A program made the position numbers and the translations under genes. Below, one piece after another: positions 1 through 6,836 of a DNA stretch of 41,252 nucleotides (its first letter is position 1; each line of letters starts with the position of its first letter). The stretch is from a virus (taxonomy: Duplodnaviria; Heunggongvirae; Uroviricota; Caudoviricetes), in the IMG/VR virus record IMGVR_UViG_2623620416_000002, positions 1 to 41,252 of that record; one strand, written 5' to 3'. The notes beneath the pieces are model-generated. The model was not told the DNA's origin, ran no database searches, and was given only the letters and a program-made list of their open reading frames with translations.

Positions 1-78
1 GAGCACGACGCCGGCATCGTGTACTGCCAGTCGCGCCGCCGCGTGGAAGAGGTGGACACGATGTTGTGCGAGGCGGGA
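1..78 (+). other. recQ: Fragment of a bacterial RecQ-like helicase gene, foreign to the rest of the window
   Basis: Frame 1 reads EHDAGIVYCQSRRRVEEVDTMLCEAG, matching RecQ motif IV (GIVYCxSRxxVEE). 53/78 nt are G+C, against an AT-rich remainder. The frame stops at 91-93. Confidence 0.7.
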
Positions 79-79
79 T

Positions 80-874
80 GCTTCAGTCTCTAAATATATT
101 GAAGAGTTCAGAGGAGCAGATTTGGGAATGGTTGTTTTTGACGAGACACATCACACCCCAGCCTCCACCTTTTTTGACATCGCTGAAGGACTTGCAAACG
201 TTGGTAAAATTTTTGGTCTTACTGCAACGGACTACAGATCTGACGGAAAAGACATCCTCATTACTGCAGGATGTGGACCAGTCCTTATCCGACGCGACAT
301 TAAGTGGGGAGTCGAAAACGGATTCTTAGCAGAGCCTTATTTCATTATTCGTGAAGTTGCTACTGGCGGCAAAGACTTTAAAGATGATAAATTGAAAGCT
401 TATAAAGAACATATTCTTAATAATCAGCCAATGAAAACTCGCATTGAATCAGATGCTCGTTCTATGATGGCTGCCGGTAAGGCGGTTTTGATTCTTGTAG
501 ATGAAGTTGCACATGGAGAAGAACTAGCTAAAAATCTAGGTATTCCTTTTGCTACAGGTCTAGATAAGAAATCACAAGATTATGTTGACCAATTGAATGC
601 TGGCAAGATCCCTGGATTGGTTGGGACAGATGGTAAAGTGGGTGAAGGAACAGATACAAAGAATGTTGATGTTCTTATTCTTGCCAACTTTGTAGCCTCA
701 AAAGGCCCTGTTACACAGGCCATTGGTCGTGGACTTCGTAAACAGGGTACAAAGACTAAATGCTTAATCCTAGACTATATTCCTAATGGATCCACTATGT
801 TGACTAGACATGCTAATAATCGTATTGGCTTTTATGAAGAGATCAGCGACAAGGTAAAGGTGATTAAACTGTGA
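80..874 (+). CDS. Superfamily 2 DNA helicase (UvsW-like), 5'-truncated
   Basis: The frame is open from ~80 (ASVSKYIEEF...). It contains Walker B/motif II VVFDETHH, motif III LTATDYRSDG, motif V GEGTD and motif VI QAIGRGLR. Walker A is missing, so the TTG at 122 is not the true start. Confidence 0.85.
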   Translation, partial: ASVSKYIEEFRGADLGMVVFDETHHTPASTFFDIAEGLANVGKIFGLTATDYRSDGKDILITAGCGPVLIRRDIKWGVENGFLAEPYFIIREVATGGKDFKDDKLKAYKEHILNNQPMKTRIESDARSMMAAGKAVLILVDEVAHGEELAKNLGIPFATGLDKKSQDYVDQLNAGKIPGLVGTDGKVGEGTDTKNVDVLILANFVASKGPVTQAIGRGLRKQGTKTKCLILDYIPNGSTMLTRHANNRIGFYEEISDKVKVIKL

Positions 875-1110
875 GAATAAAAGGCGATCTAAATGAGTTT
901 TTAGGTAATGTTGAAGCTGATGTCAAACACGCTGTTCAGCAATCTTTTATAGTTAACGCTCCAAGCTATTATGGCGAACAGGTATCTTTTAACTTTAATG
1001 AAATGATATCAAAGGCTGTAGCAGTTGGTGTTTCTGCAGCTATGGAACGACTTATCGCTAGTCAGTACACAGATGAAGATTTTGAGCACGATATTGGACT
1101 TAAACCCTAG
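871..1110 (+). CDS. Hypothetical protein, 79 aa
   Basis: GTGA overlap with the helicase stop; fills the gap exactly; TAG stop. Confidence 0.7.
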   Translation: MRIKGDLNEFLGNVEADVKHAVQQSFIVNAPSYYGEQVSFNFNEMISKAVAVGVSAAMERLIASQYTDEDFEHDIGLKP

Positions 1111-1116
1111 TATAAT
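1110..1116 (+). promoter_or_regulatory. -10 box GTATAAT, leaderless geometry
   Basis: TATAAT at 1111-1116, 6 nt before ATG 1123; no SD or -35. Confidence 0.7.
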
Positions 1117-1122
1117 AACTAA

Positions 1123-2550
1123 ATGCCACTTAGTAAAAAAGATCTATCTGATATAGCAAACGAATTCGCCACATCTAAGGGTGAACAGGTAGATGATAAA
1201 GCTGCTATTCCTAATGTTCAAGAGCAGGTAGATAAGAAGAATGAGCAAGCTGCTCGTTTATATATTCTTTATAATGATGCCCATATTGAGCGCGTAACTC
1301 CATATGAAACTGAGCGTCGATGGCTTGATGGCACTACATATACAACTATAACTAAACCTCAGATTGAGACATTTGCACCAGATACAGGAAAGGCTACGTA
1401 CTTTTATCCTGTAAGTTGGACTAAGTCAAGCGCACAGCTTCAACCAAACGGCAATGGAAACCCTCAGACATCTAGCTCTAATTCTGAACAAGCAGTTTTA
1501 CAAGCGACATTAGATAATAATGGCTTAATTGCCTCAGTATTACTTCTCCTTAATGGTCAAAGTACTGGAGCGCCATCGAGAACTTTAGATTTAGCATACA
1601 GTCCTGGTTCGCCAACATTAACATTTACAACTAGTCATAGTTTTGCTATTGGTAATTTGCTTTGGGTATCAGGTTCAGGAACATCAGCTTTGGTTCGAGT
1701 TACGGCAACAACATCTTTAACAGTTGATATTACGGAGATTATTGCTCCTGCTTCTACTATTTCAATAGGTGGAACAGCGGCATCGAATGTTGCAGGATTT
1801 ACTAATACAGAACGTCAAAATTTGACATCTGCTTTATATCAGAGAATTCTAACAGAACTAACTAACAGAATTTCTACAGCAGCAGGTCTATACAATACGG
1901 CTTTAACAAATCAATTAGCTCAACTCAATATCAATATTGATGCGCCTACACAAATTACAGCTGCAAAGACTTCTATCAGTACAGCTAAAACTGCCTATAC
2001 TACTTGGAGTACTGCACCTGCAACAGGCGTTGGCGGTCGATGGACAGATACAGTTCTTGGAAACTTCACAACTAGCTATAATTCCAGAAACTCTGGGATT
2101 GCTGCGCGAGTGGGTCAGATTACGACCGCTCTTGGATCAGTATCTCAAGATGCTGAGGGTAATTATTCTGGGAACGGTAATTATCTTCAAAGATTCAAGT
2201 GTTTAAATTTTCTTATCAATACCGCAAATGGGCCTCTTCAACAGGCTTTTAGTTTAACGGCGGCTAAAGGTAATTTTGAACAAAAGGTTATTAATAATGC
2301 CGATAAGTTAGCAACTTTCTCTAACTTAGTCCGCTATGCTGGGTTAACTAAGGATCCAGTTGGAAATACTATTACTGTAGATGGGGCCTCTCAATTTGCT
2401 CCAGGCGATGCTGTATTACTTTGCGGAAAAGACTTGCCCTCTACAGAATGCACCATTTCTAGTATTTCTGGCACTTCTGTAGTTTTAAGCATTACAGTGC
2501 CAAAAGAATTCACTAAGGCAGCTAAGTCTGGCATTATAAAGCGAGTTTAG
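1123..2550 (+). CDS. Hypothetical protein, probably virion structural, 475 aa
   Basis: Long ORF rich in T/S/A/G/N with predicted beta-rich and helical segments; lies next to the endolysin; no recognisable motif. Confidence 0.6.
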   Translation: MPLSKKDLSDIANEFATSKGEQVDDKAAIPNVQEQVDKKNEQAARLYILYNDAHIERVTPYETERRWLDGTTYTTITKPQIETFAPDTGKATYFYPVSWTKSSAQLQPNGNGNPQTSSSNSEQAVLQATLDNNGLIASVLLLLNGQSTGAPSRTLDLAYSPGSPTLTFTTSHSFAIGNLLWVSGSGTSALVRVTATTSLTVDITEIIAPASTISIGGTAASNVAGFTNTERQNLTSALYQRILTELTNRISTAAGLYNTALTNQLAQLNINIDAPTQITAAKTSISTAKTAYTTWSTAPATGVGGRWTDTVLGNFTTSYNSRNSGIAARVGQITTALGSVSQDAEGNYSGNGNYLQRFKCLNFLINTANGPLQQAFSLTAAKGNFEQKVINNADKLATFSNLVRYAGLTKDPVGNTITVDGASQFAPGDAVLLCGKDLPSTECTISSISGTSVVLSITVPKEFTKAAKSGIIKRV

Positions 2551-2551
2551 T

Positions 2552-2558
2552 GTATAAT
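2552..2558 (+). promoter_or_regulatory. -10 box GTATAAT, leaderless geometry
   Basis: TATAAT at 2553-2558, 7 nt before ATG 2566. Confidence 0.7.
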
Positions 2559-2565
2559 ATAAGTC

Positions 2566-3114
2566 ATGAGACCAGTAAATAAAGCTGGAATTGACTTAAT
2601 CAAATCATTTGAAGGTCTATTCCTAAAACCATATTTAGATCCTATTAAGATCCCAACTATTGGTTATGGAACCATTGTTTATCCTAATGGTAAAAAAGTT
2701 ACGATGCAAGATCGTGCTATTACTGAAGCTGAAGCTACTGAATACTTAATGCACGAAGTTGAAGAGAAAGCTCATAATGTTGAGCGCATGACAAAAGTAA
2801 AACTTAATGACAATGAGTATGCAGCTCTTGTAAGCTTCGCTTATAATGTTGGTTGGCCTGCACTTGAGAAGTCAACTTTAATGAAGCTCCTGAATGCAGG
2901 GAGTGACCGTGGTGCAGTTGCTGATCAGTTCTTGAGATGGAATAAGGCTGGCGGCAAAGAACTTGCAGGATTGACACGCAGACGTCAAGCTGAGCGCTCA
3001 CTTTTCTTGCAACCTGTTGTAGAATCTAAAGCAGAACACTTGCCATCCGGCCCCTCGGATGACGACATTAACGCAAAGCTTAAAAAGCTGGAGGACGAGA
3101 TTATGAAGAAATAG
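2566..3114 (+). CDS. Endolysin, GH24 phage lysozyme
   Basis: Catalytic E-x8-D-x5-T triad in SFEGLFLKPYLDPIKIPTIGYG, plus ALVSFAYNVG and GLTRRRQAER motifs. Confidence 0.93.
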   Translation: MRPVNKAGIDLIKSFEGLFLKPYLDPIKIPTIGYGTIVYPNGKKVTMQDRAITEAEATEYLMHEVEEKAHNVERMTKVKLNDNEYAALVSFAYNVGWPALEKSTLMKLLNAGSDRGAVADQFLRWNKAGGKELAGLTRRRQAERSLFLQPVVESKAEHLPSGPSDDDINAKLKKLEDEIMKK

Positions 3115-3193
3115 ATCGCTAAAAAGCCACCTTAAATTCTCCATTAAGTCCACCTGATGTTTCCCAACACTAACTTAATTACGGAGAATAAAA

Positions 3194-3484
3194 ATGAAAA
3201 TTCATTTAGCTACACTTAAAGCAGAACTAAAAGTTCTTGCAATCGAAATCAGAACATTAAAATCAAAACGCAAAGAGATGCGTGGATACGTACCTGGATT
3301 GAGCTCTGCTCAAGAACAGTTTCGCATTAAACATATTGCTCGTTGCCTTCTTCGCGGAAGAACACTAGAGCAGATAGAGCCAAAGCTTCGCGATCCAAAC
3401 AGCTATCATCATGCATACATTCGCAAACAAGCTGCAAAGATTGTTGCTGCTGCACTGGAGGTAGAGAATGCAGCCCAGCCATAA
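3194..3484 (+). CDS. Hypothetical basic protein, 96 aa
   Basis: GGAG SD upstream; contains RIKHIARCLLRGRTLEQIE; overlaps the Pth2-like gene. Confidence 0.7.
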   Translation: MKIHLATLKAELKVLAIEIRTLKSKRKEMRGYVPGLSSAQEQFRIKHIARCLLRGRTLEQIEPKLRDPNSYHHAYIRKQAAKIVAAALEVENAAQP

Positions 3485-3764
3485 ACTCTACATCCTCGTT
3501 GATAAAAGACTCAACCCATCGCAGCGAGCTGTTCAAGCATGCCATGTTGGAATTGAGTTCGCAAAGAAGTATCCAGAGTGGAAACACCAGTCGGTTGTCA
3601 TACTCGGGTGCGACGGAGAGATGGAGCTCATCGATAAGGCCGCTGAATTCCTTTTTGCGGGCTTATCGTTTACAACGTTTTCTGAAACGTATTGGAATAA
3701 CCGCATCACTGCGGTCGCCGTACACGGAGCAGACGAAATGTTAAAGGAGTTATCCTTGATTTAA
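3468..3764 (+). CDS. Peptidyl-tRNA hydrolase II (Pth2)-like protein
   Basis: KLYILVDKRLNPSQRAVQACH resembles the Pth2 N-terminal motif; SVVIL and the C-terminal F.E...TAVAV fit the fold; adjacent to tRNAs. Confidence 0.65.
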   Translation: MQPSHKLYILVDKRLNPSQRAVQACHVGIEFAKKYPEWKHQSVVILGCDGEMELIDKAAEFLFAGLSFTTFSETYWNNRITAVAVHGADEMLKELSLI

Positions 3765-3766
3765 TA

Positions 3767-3773
3767 GTATAAT
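3767..3773 (+). promoter_or_regulatory. -10 box GTATAAT driving the RNA island
   Basis: TATAAT at 3768-3773, immediately before the structured RNA at 3778. Confidence 0.7.
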
Positions 3774-3777
3774 GTAA

Positions 3778-3955
3778 GTGCACGGCCGCGTAAACGGAGG
3801 GTGATTCCGGATAGAGGGTTGTAAAGAGTTTTACGACGTTCTTCCCTTGATTTGTTGCCCACCTGCTAGTACCTATGCCGGAGTCGTTGGTGTCACAGCC
3901 TCATCTCGCAAGAGACGGTGGTTACAAAGTGTGACAATAATCTAGCCCGTGCACC
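3778..3955 (+). ncRNA. Uncharacterised ~180-nt structured RNA
   Basis: Closing stem GTGCACGG (3778-85)/CCGTGCAC (3947-54). Internal stems GATTCCGG-ATAG/CTAT-G-CCGGAGTC, GTTGTAAA/TTTACGAC, TGTCAC/GTGACA and TCTC-GCAA-GAGA (GNRA loop). Several G-U pairs; own promoter; no ORF. Confidence 0.65.
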
Positions 3956-3966
3956 TTTTCTTCTAT

Positions 3967-4134
3967 GCCCGAGTATGCTCAGTGGTAGAGTGCTCAACTT
4001 GGAATAAATTATAGTCGTCAGAAGTGATCAACTGCAATATAATTTGTTCAGCTTAAAAAGCTCACATGACGGTGGGAGTTAGTATAAGTACTAAATAGCT
4101 TGAGAGGACGGTGGTTCGAATCCATCCTCGGGCT
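3967..4134 (+). tRNA. tRNA (probably Pro, TGG) interrupted by a ~95-nt insertion in the anticodon loop
   Basis: Acceptor GCCCGAG/CTCGGGC, D arm GCTC-AGTGGTA-GAGT, anticodon stem CTCAA (3993-97)/TTGAG (4100-04), T arm GGTGG-TTCGAAT-CCATC. Loop CTTGGAA is followed by extra sequence 4005-4099. No encoded CCA; one extra nt between the acceptor and D stems. Confidence 0.75.
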
Positions 4135-4152
4135 CTAACTTAAGGAGAAAAT

Positions 4153-4452
4153 ATGAAGAAGTTGCTAGTTTTAACAGCTCTAATTGGGACTGTTATCTTA
4201 TCTGGATGCACTGATAAGAAAGAAGTCAAACAAGAAGTACTGTTTGAACCTAAATTTACGTTAAATCAAGAAGTGACTGTTCACAAAGGTTTTCTAAAAG
4301 GTCAAACCGGCAAGATAATTAATTGCAATCGATGTAAAGCGGATGGCCAAGGAACATACGAATCAGATGTTGTTTGCTACGACATTCTCTTTAAGATCGA
4401 TGGCGAAGATAAAATTTGGTCTAATATCTCTGAACGAGAATTGGAATTCTAA
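4153..4452 (+). CDS. Putative lipoprotein with a KOW/SH3-like domain, 99 aa
   Basis: AAGGAG SD; signal peptide MKKLLVLTALIGTVILSGC with lipobox; VTVHKGFLKGQTGKII is KOW-like. Confidence 0.7.
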   Translation: MKKLLVLTALIGTVILSGCTDKKEVKQEVLFEPKFTLNQEVTVHKGFLKGQTGKIINCNRCKADGQGTYESDVVCYDILFKIDGEDKIWSNISERELEF

Positions 4453-4458
4453 TCATAA

Positions 4459-4534
4459 GCTCCGTTAGCTCAGTGGTCAGAGCAGTCGTCTCTAAAACGT
4501 ACGGTCAGGGGTTCGAATCCCTTACGGAGCTCCA
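4459..4534 (+). tRNA. Amber suppressor tRNA (anticodon CTA)
   Basis: GCTCCGT/ACGGAGC acceptor, GCTC/GAGC D stem, loop CT-CTA-AA (anticodon 4492-94), T arm AGGGG-TTCGAAT-CCCTT, discriminator T and encoded CCA. The anticodon stem has only 3 Watson-Crick pairs. Confidence 0.88.
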
Positions 4535-4539
4535 ATCTT

Positions 4540-4872
4540 ATGGTTAATAAACTCGGCGAAAACTTTACAAAACAATTAAAATTAAACCTACTTCCAGGTA
4601 TTTCTCTTCCTCGTGGTATTTACCAGATGGAAATTCAATACGTCACCGATACTGGCGGCAATGTCACTATACATCACATGTTTCAAAGTATGATGCGCGA
4701 ACTTAAAAATGAATACGATGTTATAGTTGGGCAAGATGTGCGATCGGTAGATGTTCGTATATTTTGTCACAATTCATTTCCAACCAACCCATTAATTTCT
4801 TATCGATACCAAATGCGTATTGATCGATTAATTCTGCTTAATCTTGCTGTTCGCCTACTAGATATCAAATAA
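4540..4872 (+). CDS. Hypothetical protein, 110 aa
   Basis: ORF fills the space between the tRNA and the hairpin cluster; no motif. Confidence 0.55.
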   Translation: MVNKLGENFTKQLKLNLLPGISLPRGIYQMEIQYVTDTGGNVTIHHMFQSMMRELKNEYDVIVGQDVRSVDVRIFCHNSFPTNPLISYRYQMRIDRLILLNLAVRLLDIK

Positions 4873-5098
4873 AACCCTTTAGAAAACCGGGAAGGGCCCA
4901 GGTCTACTCTTCCTTAAAGGGTTTTTCTTACTTGCCGCGCGCGGCTCTCGCTCGCGAGTGCGTGCTCTGCACGCACGTAGAGTAAGTAAGAGTTCGAAAC
5001 GAAGACCTTTGGTCTTCGTTGCGGGGCTGGTGTAAAATCTGATTTGTTCTGGTTAGCTAGGTTAGCCAGGGGGAATCTAGAGAAATTTATACCCGCGA
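4871..5098. repeat. Cluster of inverted repeats/hairpins in a GC-rich non-coding island (candidate origin or structured RNA)
   Basis: AAAACCCTTTA/TAAAGGGTTTT (4871-4925), TCTTACTT/AAGTAAGA, palindrome GCCGCGCGCGGC (4934-45), TGCGTGC-TCT-GCACGCA (4959-75), AACGAAGACC-TTT-GGTCTTCGTT (4998-5020) and CTGGTTAGC-TAG-GTTAGCCAG (5049-69) within a longer imperfect stem to 5098. Confidence 0.75.
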
Positions 5099-5158
5099 CA
5101 ATGGCATTTTTAACTCAGTTCAGAAAATAAATTTTCACCACCAAGAAACCCCAAAACA

Positions 5159-5165
5159 GTATAAT
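5159..5165 (+). promoter_or_regulatory. -10 box GTATAAT, leaderless geometry
   Basis: TATAAT at 5160-5165, 6 nt before ATG 5172. Confidence 0.7.
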
Positions 5166-5171
5166 CACGCC

Positions 5172-5678
5172 ATGAATAATAAAGAAAACATGAAAAAGAT
5201 TTTTGACGACGCATTTAAAATTGAAGTTAAAGTTGAAGAGGGTGGAAAATTACCTCACAAAGTTCGTTACACCGACGCTGGCTTCGATTTATTTGCAACT
5301 GAAGATATTACGCTTTACCCAGGGCAATCTGGCAAAACTCCACTTAATATTCGACTTAAACTTCCACAAAACACTTACGCAGAAATCACTACAAAGTCTG
5401 GATTAGGCAGCAAGGGTCATTCGGTTCGTGCTGGTATTATCGACGAAGAGTATCGTGGCATTATTAATGTAATTCATTCAAATGTAGCGCTTATTGAAGG
5501 ATTAGATCAAGATGGTCTACCATTAATGTTTACAGCTCCATTAGTTATTAAGAAAGGCGAAAAGCTCGCCCAACTTATTATGCATCCTTACAACAACGCT
5601 TACTTCATTGAAGAGGTTCAAGAGCTTGATATGAATACATCTCGTGGTGAGGGTGGCTTTGGATCAACTGGAAAATAA
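5172..5678 (+). CDS. dut: Trimeric dUTPase
   Basis: Motifs DAGFDL, KSG, AGIIDEEYRG, LAQLI and RGEGGFGSTG. Confidence 0.95.
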   Translation: MNNKENMKKIFDDAFKIEVKVEEGGKLPHKVRYTDAGFDLFATEDITLYPGQSGKTPLNIRLKLPQNTYAEITTKSGLGSKGHSVRAGIIDEEYRGIINVIHSNVALIEGLDQDGLPLMFTAPLVIKKGEKLAQLIMHPYNNAYFIEEVQELDMNTSRGEGGFGSTGK

Positions 5679-6060
5679 TATTAAAACAGATTTATATTAC
5701 GCTCTTGAGTTGCCATTTGCAAAGATTAAGTCTTTTAACATAGATCAAGAAAATCACTTCTACATAGAAAGACCTAAAACTGAACTCACTTTAGTGTATC
5801 TGATTGATCAGATGGACCAAAGACCTAATGCAATTATGCTAGGTGAGTTAGAAAAGCACATGTCTATAGTTTGCCATCAAATAAGTACAGTGTTTCTTTC
5901 TCGTCAATTTGAGCAAAGTGAAATTGGACTAAAATCAGTTACTTATAAACTTCAAGTTAAAGACTATGATGTCTTTCTTTCTGGACTAGAAGAAATAGGT
6001 CGACGAAGATATAACGAACAATTCACTAAAGCTTTAGAAGCGAAGCTCTCAGAATCCTGA
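5644..6060 (+). CDS. Hypothetical protein, ~138 aa (start uncertain)
   Basis: ORF fills the gap between dut and the MTase-like gene. Confidence 0.65.
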   Translation: MVRVALDQLENNIKTDLYYALELPFAKIKSFNIDQENHFYIERPKTELTLVYLIDQMDQRPNAIMLGELEKHMSIVCHQISTVFLSRQFEQSEIGLKSVTYKLQVKDYDVFLSGLEEIGRRRYNEQFTKALEAKLSES

Positions 6061-6067
6061 GTATAAT
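6061..6067 (+). promoter_or_regulatory. -10 box GTATAAT, leaderless geometry
   Basis: TATAAT at 6062-6067 overlaps the ATG at 6066; the next in-frame ATG (6075) is 7 nt downstream. Confidence 0.65.
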
Positions 6068-6074
6068 GTCTGGC

Positions 6075-6836
6075 ATGAAGCTAGACAACTTTTCAAGCCT
6101 ATTTAAAACATCTGTGCGCATACAGGAAACTGATGCGATGTCAGCTGATGCTGTTTGGCCAGCTAATACAGAAATATGTATCACTCGTATCCCTATTCGA
6201 AAACGCGATGGCTGGGATGTCAAAAAATTTGAAGAATTTGCAAAACGATTAAAAGCCAATATGGTTCCAAATGGAATCGTATTTCTAATCTGTTATGCTC
6301 CTATTGAGGCTAAGTCAAGACCTTTTGAGGTTGCCAAGTTAATGACTGACGCTGGATTTAATCATGTAGATAATATTGTTATTAAGAAGACCTGGTTCCC
6401 AGGCAAACGCTCAGAAACTAACTTAGTTAACTCACATGAATACGTATTACATTTCTGCAATGGAGATGTATGGAAATTAGATCGCCTTCCTCTTAGACAA
6501 TACATGAAAGTTCACGATGATTTAAGTTGCCCAGGAAATACTTGGGAAATTGAGACCGGCTCCCTAGATGAGAGTTATCCGGTAGATTTAGCAGAGCTGC
6601 TAATCAGAATGACTAATTGCCTTCCAGGTTCTGTTGTGTTTGATCCACATTGTGGTGGAACAGGTTCACTAAAAGCTGCACTAAAACTGGGACATAGTTT
6701 CTTTGGTTTTGAAACTGATAAGAAACAGTTAAAGAAGTACGAGAAGGTAGTATCTGACTATAATGATGGCAAGCTTGATCAGCCAGAATCTAAGAAGCCT
6801 GCAAAGAAGATAGTTGAAGAAGGGGATGATTTTTAA
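6075..6836 (+). CDS. N4/N6 DNA methyltransferase-like protein (beta class) with a degenerate catalytic motif
   Basis: SAM-binding motif I VVFDPHCGGTGSLKAALKLGHSFFGFE near the C-terminus and HEYVLHF. The expected (D/N/S)PPY position reads ICITRIP. Confidence 0.75.
   Translation: MKLDNFSSLFKTSVRIQETDAMSADAVWPANTEICITRIPIRKRDGWDVKKFEEFAKRLKANMVPNGIVFLICYAPIEAKSRPFEVAKLMTDAGFNHVDNIVIKKTWFPGKRSETNLVNSHEYVLHFCNGDVWKLDRLPLRQYMKVHDDLSCPGNTWEIETGSLDESYPVDLAELLIRMTNCLPGSVVFDPHCGGTGSLKAALKLGHSFFGFETDKKQLKKYEKVVSDYNDGKLDQPESKKPAKKIVEEGDDF

Noticed and set aside
1-90. Prophage attachment site in host recQ
   Set aside because: The junction cuts the phage's own helicase mid-gene; there is no integrase or att-like repeat in the window.
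66-329. 87-aa ORF from the track
   Set aside because: Out-of-frame shadow of the helicase that straddles the chimeric junction.
3778-3955. RNase P, tmRNA, 6S or group II intron identity for the structured RNA
   Set aside because: GAGGGTGATTCCGG only loosely resembles RNase P GAGGAAAGTCC. There is no tRNA-like end or tag ORF, the fold is multibranch rather than rod-like, and there is no domain V.
4005-4099. Canonical group I or archaeal BHB tRNA intron
   Set aside because: Too short; no register gives both a 5' exon ending in U and an intron ending in G; the central BHB helix would have only 2 of 4 pairs.
6066-6074. Track start codons at 6066 (MTase-like) and 14387 (DnaE)
   Set aside because: Both overlap the TATAAT box; the in-frame ATGs at 6075 and 14402 fit the 6-7-nt spacing seen elsewhere.
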